Origin: a candidate division WOR-3 bacterium | GTDB lineage: Bacteria > Hydrothermota > Hydrothermia > B15-G9 > WFZT01 | Reading direction: 5' to 3' | NCBI GenBank assembly: GCA_027053075.1 | Contig: JALUEE010000095.1 | Span: 1-27,360, forward strand | Length of the DNA stretch: 27,360 nt | In this document: one piece after another, positions 18,859 through 27,123 of the stretch | Numbering within the stretch: the stretch's first letter is position 1 | Layout: each line of letters opens with the position of its first letter | Translations under genes and position numbers: made by a program | The notes under the pieces: model-generated | Databases searched by the model: none | What the model was told of the DNA's origin: nothing | Seen by the model: the letters and a program-made list of their open reading frames with translations, nothing else

Positions 18859-19917
18859 TCATCTGAAATATTTTCTGTAATAAGCTCTGCGTCTTATTAC
18901 CTTCCTGACATATTCTCTCGTTTCCTTTGGAGGGTAGGTTCTCAAAATTCTATAAACCATGTCAGGGTTTTGGGTGTCAATGTGTTCTCTGCGGATTAAT
19001 TTGAGGACATTGCCCGGTCCCCAGTTATAAGAAGCAATTAAAAGATACTGCTCTGATAGATTATTGTCGAAATTACCGAAAAAGGTCTTTCTCATGTAAT
19101 CAATGTATGCTGTCCCAAGCCTAATATTTATTTCAGGGTCAAAAAGCATACCACACGGGACCACTCTATCCTCCCCCTTCAGGTATCGATATGCCTCTCT
19201 CGCCCCATGCCTGGGCATCAACTGCATTAACCCACAGGCTCCTGCTTTTGACACTGCAAGTGGGTTAAAATACGATTCGGTATGTATGATGGCTGCTATT
19301 AATGCTGGCTCAAGCTTAAATTCTTCAGAATATCTTTCGATTAAATTTTTGAACGGCTTTATTCTCCTTCTTAAATGATCCGGTAACATCGCTATTTTTA
19401 TCGCATATCTGTATCTTTTCACTCCATCGGGAGACAGTATGACTCTTTTCTCGATTTTGTGCTCCTTTAATAATTCTGGAGCATTCTTTTCATTTACATA
19501 CTTTCCTTTCTTTGTTTTTACCTGCTCCTGCAATAGATTCATGTGAGATGGATTGTCCTTTGAGAAAACCTTCTTTAGTCTTTCAGTCAAATGTTTTCTT
19601 GCTATCCTATCTGCATCAAGGGAGTCAACTGGCACTACGGTTTCAATTTTAAGAAACCCATCCTTGAAATTTACAATACTACGGGATTCAGCATCCTTTG
19701 AATAGCTTACCCACTCTTTTCTTGTTGATTTAACAAACTCCCCCCAAATAGAATCAACCTTTGCCTCAAACGCTGTCCACTGCTTGTTTGTACCGGTGTT
19801 GAACTCTGACCAGGATTTATCTACATTTTTTTCAAATTCGCTCCACTGTTTATCAATATCTTGGGAATAGATTTGTCCCACTGTTAACATTATCAACACA
19901 ATTACAAAATTTTTCAT
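18859..19917 (-). CDS. MltC-like lytic murein transglycosylase (DUF3393-like + SLT domain)
   Basis: SLT motifs 'IIHTESYFNPLAVS', 'GLMQL', 'LFDPEINIRLGTAY', 'ASYNWGPG', 'ETREYVRKV'. N-terminal 'WVSYSKD..SRSIVNFKDG.LKIET' resembles MltC. Signal peptide present. Confidence 0.88.
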   Translation of the reverse strand: MKNFVIVLIMLTVGQIYSQDIDKQWSEFEKNVDKSWSEFNTGTNKQWTAFEAKVDSIWGEFVKSTRKEWVSYSKDAESRSIVNFKDGFLKIETVVPVDSLDADRIARKHLTERLKKVFSKDNPSHMNLLQEQVKTKKGKYVNEKNAPELLKEHKIEKRVILSPDGVKRYRYAIKIAMLPDHLRRRIKPFKNLIERYSEEFKLEPALIAAIIHTESYFNPLAVSKAGACGLMQLMPRHGAREAYRYLKGEDRVVPCGMLFDPEINIRLGTAYIDYMRKTFFGNFDNNLSEQYLLIASYNWGPGNVLKLIRREHIDTQNPDMVYRILRTYPPKETREYVRKVIRRRAYYRKYFR

Positions 19918-20079
19918 AAACCCTCCGCCAAGTTAATGTTTTAAGTCTGCTATATTTGTCTGAAAAATCCCGTATTTCTTGACTCTTGGAGCAATTTCCC
20001 ACCCGATTTTTCTTTCATGTATTTCGTGCACGGGGTAGAGAAGTGTGGGAATTGGACACTTTCCGTTGAGGATATATTG

Positions 20080-20132
20080 TTTTGGTGCATTATTTGCCAC
20101 GCACTTCGTGCGTGGCAAATAATGCACCAAAA
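20080..20132. repeat. Perfect 25-bp inverted repeat with 3-nt loop
   Basis: TTTTGGTGCATTATTTGCCACGCAC-TTC-GTGCGTGGCAAATAATGCACCAAAA. Confidence 0.95.
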
Positions 20133-20191
20133 ATCTCCCTTTAAATAATCCTACAACTCGTGATCCTCCCAAAATACTCATCCAGCATCTC

Positions 20192-20863
20192 CTAAAATCC
20201 CTGACTCTTAAGTTTCTCTAATTCCCTGTCCGCTTCCTCGAGGAGTTTCGTTTTCTGCTCATTCTGGGCTTTTGCCATTTCCTCTCTTATTTTTCTCTGC
20301 TGTTCCTCTATCATTCTTTTGTGAATGCGTTCAATCTCCGTCTTTGGATAAAGGACGAGCACATATGCTTTATAGCTTGTCTTACTCCAGGCTCCATTTC
20401 TAAATTCCTGGCATTGCTGAACAAATCTTTCACGTGTATAAGCTTTGGAGATTTTGTTAGCGTTGATCTGTTTAATGGCAATTTCCTCTTTAGTGGCTGG
20501 ATCGAGCACCTCTGAAGCTAAACCTTTTATCAAGAGGACTTGATCAACCTTGGAGCCACTGGTTGTCTGGACATAGGCTGATATTTTATCTACTACATCC
20601 TTATAAGCATCCTTCTCTGCAAGAGCCTCCGAGGTCATTGGCTGAGAGATCCCTACAAATGCGAGATACTGATCAGTACTATACTTTCCCCTATGAGTAA
20701 CCCAATCTGGCTTTTCTGGAGGATAAGGCTTCCAACCATCCCTGTGAAGACATCTTATGTCACCTTCCTGCGGAGCTTTTAATGCCTTGCCACCTGTTGC
20801 ACAGGCAGTCACAAAAAGTGAAAAAAATAAAATGGGAGCCCCAATTCGTAACAACTTTCTCAT
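20192..20863 (-). CDS. LPP20-like lipoprotein
   Basis: Lipobox LFVTA-C; 'KPDWV...FVGIS...AEKDAYKD..DKISAY'; C-terminal coiled coil. Paralog of 20863-21525, coupled through TGATG. Confidence 0.7.
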   Translation of the reverse strand: MRKLLRIGAPILFFSLFVTACATGGKALKAPQEGDIRCLHRDGWKPYPPEKPDWVTHRGKYSTDQYLAFVGISQPMTSEALAEKDAYKDVVDKISAYVQTTSGSKVDQVLLIKGLASEVLDPATKEEIAIKQINANKISKAYTRERFVQQCQEFRNGAWSKTSYKAYVLVLYPKTEIERIHKRMIEEQQRKIREEMAKAQNEQKTKLLEEADRELEKLKSQGF

Positions 20864-21525
20864 CAGAACCCTTCCTTCTTTAATTTTTCAAAATCTTTCT
20901 CGGCCTCTCTAAGTAGCTGCTTTCTCTGCTCATTTTTGGTCTTTGCTATCTCCTGACGTATCCTTTCCTGTGCCTGTCTTATCATGTCCTCTCTTATCTG
21001 TTTTATCACACTTCTTGGTAGCTTAACCATTGCATAAGAGACGTAATAATCATCTCCCCACGCGCCGTTGCCGAACTTCTGAGCATGTAGTGTGTAGTAC
21101 TCATTAACATACATGGACTTCAGCGTGGCGACAGAAATCTCTTTCCTTATCACCTCTCCCACAATTGCAGGATTAACTATTTCATTACTCAGGTTTTTCT
21201 TTTTCGCCACATCGAGCATTTTTAAGCCTACTGAAGACTGGAAATATCTAACTATCTGGTCAAGAGCAGATCTGAGAGCGTCGTCTCTTGCATCACTCTC
21301 GGTAGCATACTTTCTCGACACTCCCACAAACACCAAGTTTTCCTTGTCAGAGTATTTACCGGGTTTATTTACCCAATCCGGCAGAACTGGTTTATTCAGT
21401 GTCCAGCCTTTGCCAGGAACTTCATATCTAATGTCACCTTCTTTTACCTGCGTCACTCTTGGGGCATTACAGGACATCCCTATCATTGCTATTCCAAGCA
21501 CCGTTGCATACAATACTTCCTTCAT
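20863..21525 (-). CDS. LPP20-like lipoprotein
   Basis: Lipobox IGMS-C; 'LPDWV...FVGVS...ARDDALRSALDQIVRY'; SD AAGGAGGT. Confidence 0.7.
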   Translation of the reverse strand: MKEVLYATVLGIAMIGMSCNAPRVTQVKEGDIRYEVPGKGWTLNKPVLPDWVNKPGKYSDKENLVFVGVSRKYATESDARDDALRSALDQIVRYFQSSVGLKMLDVAKKKNLSNEIVNPAIVGEVIRKEISVATLKSMYVNEYYTLHAQKFGNGAWGDDYYVSYAMVKLPRSVIKQIREDMIRQAQERIRQEIAKTKNEQRKQLLREAEKDFEKLKKEGF

Positions 21526-21741
21526 TTGCTACCTCCTTTAGATTTCATTCTTTTTTTTATATTACCACTTATGGTAAACCTTCCAATTTCACAATTTCCA
21601 TCTTTTCCCCAAAAGTAAATTTATTTTCAAGTCGTTGATACCTTGTGTCTTTATAAAAAGCTCTTCTCCTATTTAAACCACCGAGTGGAGAGACTTCTCT
21701 TCTGTTGTTTAAATTTACGGGAATAAAATCCCATTGCAATC

Positions 21742-24700
21742 TCATTGAGCTCTGAACCTCCATTTTACGAAAACCTGATCAAGATTTCCTATCACCTGCG
21801 GATGCTGTTCCCTATCACGCAATGCCACAGCTTTAATAGGAACTTGTCTCAAGAGATATTTTTTCAATTCATAAAGTGTCAATCTGTTATCTTTATTAAA
21901 ATCAGCCTCCCCTTTTAATGCTTTAAGGAAAAAGTATGTGAATAACGAATGTCCAACTTCAGGGTACCATAAGGCTGTTTCTCCCGCTTGTGTTGCAGTT
22001 ATTACTGTGAAATTCTTAGGGATTGAGCTTCTAACAGGTTTAACACTTAACGGGGATTCTAACTTAAAAAGACTTCCTCTGTCTGAAATTCCTGAAAAAC
22101 ATGCATCTATTATTATAGTGATTGACTTTGCCCTGACTCGACTCAAATTTCTATAAAACAAATCAAGTGAATATCCATTGAGGTCCACAAAATTAGGATG
22201 GCAGTCAACGGGGACAAAATAGGCAGATTTAGTTTGTATATCAGGGGCTCCATGCCCTACATAATAAATAAAGACATCGTAAGCTTCATTGTTCATCAAT
22301 CTATAAAGCCTTCCCTTGGCATTAGATTCAGTTCCAAACCACAGTTCAAAATCTGTTTTCTTTGCATCTTTTAATACAAAAATTTGCTCAGATGGGATTC
22401 CTAATACTTTATGAAAGTAGTTCTTCATCACCTCCGCATCATGGAATGCATAAACAACTTCAGGAATATCACTATATGTATAATGTTTGTTTGCAATAAT
22501 AATACCAATAGATTTAGGGTTTGCGTATCCCTCGGGGATATTTACATCTACATCGTTGTTGCCTTTTATCTCTGTTTTAAATCTATGGGAAACGTCTGTA
22601 TTTTTACTATATAATTCTTCCTTGGGTGTAATTACGTATTGCTTTTCCGAAACTGTTCCAACAGGAATGTTTATAACTTTTGAAAAAGACCATAGGCCTG
22701 TATTTTCCATCACTTTCAAGTTCATAGAGATTTCAGTTTTGTCATATCCAGATGGGACAAAAAATGCCAAAGTTCCTTCAATTTCCCCTCCAGGCGGGAG
22801 ATTTCCAAGTTTAACTTTTCTTTTTATCATCTTTATATCCTTACTTTGCGGAATTACCTCTATTTCAACATCCTTAGCTATCCCTCTGCCTGAATTTTTT
22901 AGTGTTATATGCATTTCAATTTGCTCTCTCGGCTGGATAGAGCCATCCCCATTTCCAATAGATTGACCGATGTTGTCATCATCAAATCTATAAGAAATCT
23001 CAAATGCAGGAGGTATTGGTGCTTGAGTATAAAACTCCACAGTTATTGGCTCGGGAGAATACTCGCCAGCATCAACATAGAGTTTTAAGAATTGCTTCTT
23101 TGTTTCAACTCGTATAGGGACTTTAAATTTAATTTCTTTTTTAACATAAGATTTCTTATCTATTTGACCAATGTTTATGTCTTTATTAATAAACCCTCTT
23201 AGTTTCAATCTGACTCCATAGGCTGGCCCTTTGCCACTATTGTAAAGTATAATCTTTGCAACAGCAGGTTCATCTGATTCGAAGACACCATTATTGTTAG
23301 CATCATATACGGCAAATTTATCAACATTAATAAACGGCGGGTAAAAATGGGAACTTTTTATTTTGAAATTCATATTCCTTGTGTGCCTTATATCATGGCC
23401 ACAGAGAGTATAGAGACCAGATTTACTACCACTACAGTTCGCTTCTATTGCATATAAATATCCACTATTGTCTCCTACATAAACAATTCCATCGGGGGAT
23501 ATAAGCGGTTCGCTTTGAACTCTGGACCTTGTTTTATAGACTTTCAATATTTTTCCATGAGAGGAAATCTCATATAATCCATCCTCATAGCCTATAAAAA
23601 TATTTCCATTATTGCAAATGCTGACATTGGAATAAATCTCATAGTCAAATTCCATGTACCAGCCTTCACCTGTTTTGATACTCAGTGAATATAGGTGATC
23701 TCCTAATATTGCATATATTCTGTGAGAATCAATCATTATCTCTTGTAAAAGTAGGTTTTCGTCCAAACTATTTATCTTGAGAAGTTCCCCATTGGATGTC
23801 AATTTATATAAATTAGTTCCAGAATATGAACGTCCGAATAAACCGTGATAATTGTATCTTGCAGTAGCGAGTATCATCCCCCCTTTTATCCATGGAGAAA
23901 TTGCAATAACTGGCTCATCACCAATTTTTCTTTTGCTAATTCTAAATTTTCGTCCACTTTTTCTGATTTTATAAATATAACTTACATCCTCCTTTTTATT
24001 ATAGCACCCAATTATAATGTTGTTATACACATCAACCAGTGGTTGAGTTAAAACTGTCATATCTTTTATAGACATCACTACTTTTCCATTGGGAGAAACT
24101 ATAAAGAAGTTGTAATTCAATGGGCTAACACAAATATACCCAGTAGATGTTATTGCGATTCCCACTCCCGCGTTATGAGTTGAATCCAAGAAAATCTCCC
24201 AATTTTTATGCCCATTTATATCTATTGATGTTAAATAGCCATTTTTAGTCTGAAGATATATATTCCCGTGCTCATCGATTGAAGGAGAACTTCTCACTGA
24301 GCCCTTCAACTTGTATTTCCATTTCATTGTTCCATCTGGATAAATAGAATAAACATACCCATTGTTAGTGCCTACAACAATTGAACCATCAAGGTTAATA
24401 GCCGGAGAGTAATATATGGGACTACCAGCGTTAAATTCCCACTTTAAATAAGCAGGTAACTTTCGAGTTTTGGATTTATATTTAGAAAAAATTTTATTGT
24501 AATTTAAGATGAACAGCGCCAAAAAAATGGAGAAGACGATTATACCAATCAAAGCTGTCAAACTAATATCATCTGATGAACTACTGGAATATGAGGTAGT
24601 ATTTGCATTTGTGGTATAGGTATCGTTGCTTGGGACAGAATTTAAATTCCAATTTTTTGTTAAATCAGGGGGAGTTGATCTAATCTGTGTAGGGGAAAAT

Positions 24701-24921
24701 TCGTAATCACCGAGGGTGGAATATTTGTCTTTATTGTCGTCTATATCAATCTTATGAAATTCATTTTCATTAGAAGAGAGATCTGATAAATTGATTCCTT
24801 TCACCTCTTTGGGAGGCCATAGTAAACCAATATTATTGCTTCCACAATAAGGACATTTACAAGGAGGAAAGTAACAGTTAAAAGTTTTTCCACAATTAAA
24901 ACAATGATAAATTTCACTCAT
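21742..24921 (-). CDS. Membrane-anchored caspase-like protein: Zn-ribbon, TM helix, PQQ-like beta-propeller, 2 Ig-like domains, caspase domain
   Basis: CFNC...CKCPYC; Ser/Thr linker; TM LTALIGIIVFSIFLALFIL; 'SPAINLDGSIVVGTNNGYVYSIYPDGTMKW' PQQ/BamB-like repeats; dyad YYVGHG ... IIDACFSG. Confidence 0.85.
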   Translation of the reverse strand: MSEIYHCFNCGKTFNCYFPPCKCPYCGSNNIGLLWPPKEVKGINLSDLSSNENEFHKIDIDDNKDKYSTLGDYEFSPTQIRSTPPDLTKNWNLNSVPSNDTYTTNANTTSYSSSSSDDISLTALIGIIVFSIFLALFILNYNKIFSKYKSKTRKLPAYLKWEFNAGSPIYYSPAINLDGSIVVGTNNGYVYSIYPDGTMKWKYKLKGSVRSSPSIDEHGNIYLQTKNGYLTSIDINGHKNWEIFLDSTHNAGVGIAITSTGYICVSPLNYNFFIVSPNGKVVMSIKDMTVLTQPLVDVYNNIIIGCYNKKEDVSYIYKIRKSGRKFRISKRKIGDEPVIAISPWIKGGMILATARYNYHGLFGRSYSGTNLYKLTSNGELLKINSLDENLLLQEIMIDSHRIYAILGDHLYSLSIKTGEGWYMEFDYEIYSNVSICNNGNIFIGYEDGLYEISSHGKILKVYKTRSRVQSEPLISPDGIVYVGDNSGYLYAIEANCSGSKSGLYTLCGHDIRHTRNMNFKIKSSHFYPPFINVDKFAVYDANNNGVFESDEPAVAKIILYNSGKGPAYGVRLKLRGFINKDINIGQIDKKSYVKKEIKFKVPIRVETKKQFLKLYVDAGEYSPEPITVEFYTQAPIPPAFEISYRFDDDNIGQSIGNGDGSIQPREQIEMHITLKNSGRGIAKDVEIEVIPQSKDIKMIKRKVKLGNLPPGGEIEGTLAFFVPSGYDKTEISMNLKVMENTGLWSFSKVINIPVGTVSEKQYVITPKEELYSKNTDVSHRFKTEIKGNNDVDVNIPEGYANPKSIGIIIANKHYTYSDIPEVVYAFHDAEVMKNYFHKVLGIPSEQIFVLKDAKKTDFELWFGTESNAKGRLYRLMNNEAYDVFIYYVGHGAPDIQTKSAYFVPVDCHPNFVDLNGYSLDLFYRNLSRVRAKSITIIIDACFSGISDRGSLFKLESPLSVKPVRSSIPKNFTVITATQAGETALWYPEVGHSLFTYFFLKALKGEADFNKDNRLTLYELKKYLLRQVPIKAVALRDREQHPQVIGNLDQVFVKWRFRAQ

Positions 24922-25409
24922 TAAAAATCACCCCCAACGTCAGAAATGAAATGCAACGATCTTTCTATATGTTGTTTCAGTGATAGGAAAAGTAGTGCCA
25001 AAGTTATTGAATTTCCTGCGCTTTTTCGCTGATTATATAAAGACCGTAATTGGATGAAGCCTAAACCTGGAGAGGTTCCGGAAATAGTTAATAGCTTATA
25101 AAACAAAATGGCATAGCTAAGTAAATATGAGTAGAACCCTCCTATAACAAACTTTTTTTTAAAAAATTGTACAATAAAAATTTTTATTGTTTTACAGAAC
25201 GCTTTCGTCTTTATAGAATGCTCGGCATTATTCCAAACTTTTATACCAATGGAAAGGTTGTTTTTTTTGGAATGTTGTAAAACTTTGGGTATATATACAG
25301 TAGAAATAGGTTTTCCATGATCATCAATTGTGATTTTAGTAAGTGTGTATTTTGTAATATCTCCCTCCGCCGAAGAGATCGCCAAATTCATAAATTGACA
25401 AGAGCTCAT
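24921..25409 (-). CDS. Doubtful hypothetical ORF or degenerate gene
   Basis: Has an SD-like GGGGAG and a stop overlapping the next ATG. Very AT-rich with homopolymer runs and no recognisable motif. Confidence 0.25.
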   Translation of the reverse strand: MSSCQFMNLAISSAEGDITKYTLTKITIDDHGKPISTVYIPKVLQHSKKNNLSIGIKVWNNAEHSIKTKAFCKTIKIFIVQFFKKKFVIGGFYSYLLSYAILFYKLLTISGTSPGLGFIQLRSLYNQRKSAGNSITLALLFLSLKQHIERSLHFISDVGGDF

Positions 25410-25460
25410 AACATACTCCCCTTTTGAAAAATTTTAATATATGGTTTGGGGATATTCAAC

Positions 25461-26048
25461 CTAACGATTTTTCCCCAGGGGAATCTCGATCCCAGTCTGG
25501 AGCATTCCAATAACGTTAGATTTATAAAGAATCAGCTGGAAACTGTTGTAAATATAATTGGATTTCCATTTTGAGCGATTGCCAACGTAAAATCTAAGAA
25601 TTACATTGGAATTTTCACAGCTATTGCATATTCCGGTCATAGCCTGAACCCCAACGAGAGAGCGGGGCCATATTCTGTAGTAAATCCCTCCGCTTAAGAG
25701 GTAAAAATAGTTCTCCGAAGAAATGAAAGAGTTAAGTCCAAGCGATAATATGCCTTCACTAAGTCCAAATCTATACTTTCCTCCAAGTGTAACAATTCCA
25801 CCATCACTACCAAGCAGTAAAAGTGGGGCCTGGATTAAAAAGTCCTGATTGGATCCGAGGCCGCGTCTATAATAAATCTCGGGAATCGGCAACAAGAGAA
25901 AACCGCTGCGTATATATGCAAAGGGTATCCCTACACCCAGTCTGGACTCACCCTTATCGAGAATTTTGGGGTCTTCATAAAGCCCAATCCCCATGCATCC
26001 CTCAAGAAGGAAGGTTACAATGATGAGAGGAATCCATTTTTTAACCAT
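25461..26048 (-). CDS. Hypothetical lipoprotein, amphipathic beta-strand rich (possible outer-membrane barrel)
   Basis: True start is probably ATG 26048 (SD AAGGAGG): MVKKWIPLIIVTFLLEG-C lipobox. Alternating Gly/aromatic strands, ending MLQTGIEIPL. Confidence 0.65.
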   Translation of the reverse strand: MVKKWIPLIIVTFLLEGCMGIGLYEDPKILDKGESRLGVGIPFAYIRSGFLLLPIPEIYYRRGLGSNQDFLIQAPLLLLGSDGGIVTLGGKYRFGLSEGILSLGLNSFISSENYFYLLSGGIYYRIWPRSLVGVQAMTGICNSCENSNVILRFYVGNRSKWKSNYIYNSFQLILYKSNVIGMLQTGIEIPLGKNR

Positions 26049-26119
26049 GCCAGCCTCCTTTTGTTCGGATTTTAAAGGATTGGAGTTGAAAGGGCAAAAA
26101 GTGGTGGGAAGTTTTAAAA

Positions 26120-26148
26120 GGGGGGCGCACACGAAGTGCGCGCCCCCC
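26120..26148. repeat. GC-rich hairpin, terminator-like on the minus strand
   Basis: Minus strand GGGGGGCGCGCAC-TTC-GTGTGCGCCCCCC followed by TTTT. Confidence 0.75.
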
Positions 26149-26361
26149 AAAAAAAGTTTCCTCTTAACCCTTCAAAAATTACAGAAAATTTTCGGTGTAA
26201 CCTCCCTACTCATCACCTTATTCGAGACCAAATTTTCCTATTGTAAAACTCGTAGCCCCCTATTCCAAAGTTCAATTAGAGGTTCCAATATTCCCGGCTG
26301 AGCCCGATTTCCAATCCATGCACTGAATGTCATATAAGCCCTGTATTTTACTTAATTTTCG

Positions 26362-26390
26362 TTGACATTTCCGTCAATGTTGCTTAATTT
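26362..26390 (+). promoter_or_regulatory. Putative sigma70 promoter for the MBL-fold gene and deoC
   Basis: TTGACA (26362-26367), 17 bp, TAATTT (26385-26390). SD GAGGTG precedes TTG 26431. Confidence 0.5.
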
Positions 26391-26430
26391 ATTAACGCAC
26401 TCAAGACTTATCCCGTGAGGTGATGCTGTA

Positions 26431-27123
26431 TTGGAAAAGTTTAAGGTTAAAGATAACATTTGTTTGTTTACTGAGAAATATTCGTACAACAACACGTATG
26501 TCAACGTGTATCTTGTGAGAGATGAATCACCGGTGCTCGTAAACGTTGGGCCACCGGAAAAAAGTAAGGATTTTATGGAAGTAATCAGTGAATCCATACC
26601 TCTTGAAGAGATAAAGATTGTTCTCCTACTTGACAGCGAGAGGGAGCACGTGGGTGCGATTCCTGCCTTTGTGAGTAAGTTGCCAAAGGCGAGGTTTATT
26701 ACCTCCTGGCTGAATTACGATCTCATAATAAACTACACTGCTGACATAAAACTCGAGATGATGCGGGAGAAATGGGTGCTGAAATCTGGAAAGAACAGGA
26801 TTAAGTTCTTTGAATCCATGATACCAACTCCTGAGTCCCTTTTTGTTCTCATAGATGGTGTCCTCTTTACAGGAAGCGCTTTTGCTCTCGATTTAAAAGA
26901 TGGACACATTGATGAGAGTGATCGGATGGAGGATATAGAGGAGCTTTTCCATCTTTATCGAAACAGGGCACATAAAATTGGTGAATACATGGAAAAACTT
27001 GGGGCGCATGAAATTGAGGCCATTGCGCCAGCACATGGGCCGGTTTTAAAAGGAAACGTGGGGGATTATATAGAAAAATGGAAAATACTGAGCAATACAT
27101 TGAAAGGGCAAGAGAAAAATTAA
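26431..27123 (+). CDS. Metallo-beta-lactamase-fold protein, FprA/ODP-like, with degenerate metal motif
   Basis: 'NVYLVRDE.PVLVNVGP', 'LLDSEREHVGAI', 'VLFTGSAF', 'IAPAHGP' follow the flavodiiron N-terminal domain layout. No flavodoxin domain. Confidence 0.7.
   Translation: MEKFKVKDNICLFTEKYSYNNTYVNVYLVRDESPVLVNVGPPEKSKDFMEVISESIPLEEIKIVLLLDSEREHVGAIPAFVSKLPKARFITSWLNYDLIINYTADIKLEMMREKWVLKSGKNRIKFFESMIPTPESLFVLIDGVLFTGSAFALDLKDGHIDESDRMEDIEELFHLYRNRAHKIGEYMEKLGAHEIEAIAPAHGPVLKGNVGDYIEKWKILSNTLKGQEKN

Noticed and set aside
21671..21714. Imperfect inverted repeat ATTTAAAC...GTTTAAAT downstream of the 21742 gene
   Set aside because: Short AT-rich arms and a poorly paired interior; it lacks the shared hairpin core and could be chance.
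7900..21740. Integron cassette array (co-oriented genes with intergenic hairpins)
   Set aside because: No RYYYAAC/GTTRRRY attC boxes bound the hairpins, several genes are translationally coupled, and no integrase is present.
18620..21763. Short minus-strand ORFs 18620-18862, 19933-20181 and 21569-21763
   Set aside because: They run through hairpin-containing intergenic DNA, with no recognisable motifs or convincing SD.
5535..26048. Gasdermin, CRISPR-associated, prophage or transposase context for the caspases
   Set aside because: No gasdermin-like, cas, CRISPR array, phage structural, integrase or transposase sequence was recognised, and no tRNA or att direct repeats were seen at the flanks.
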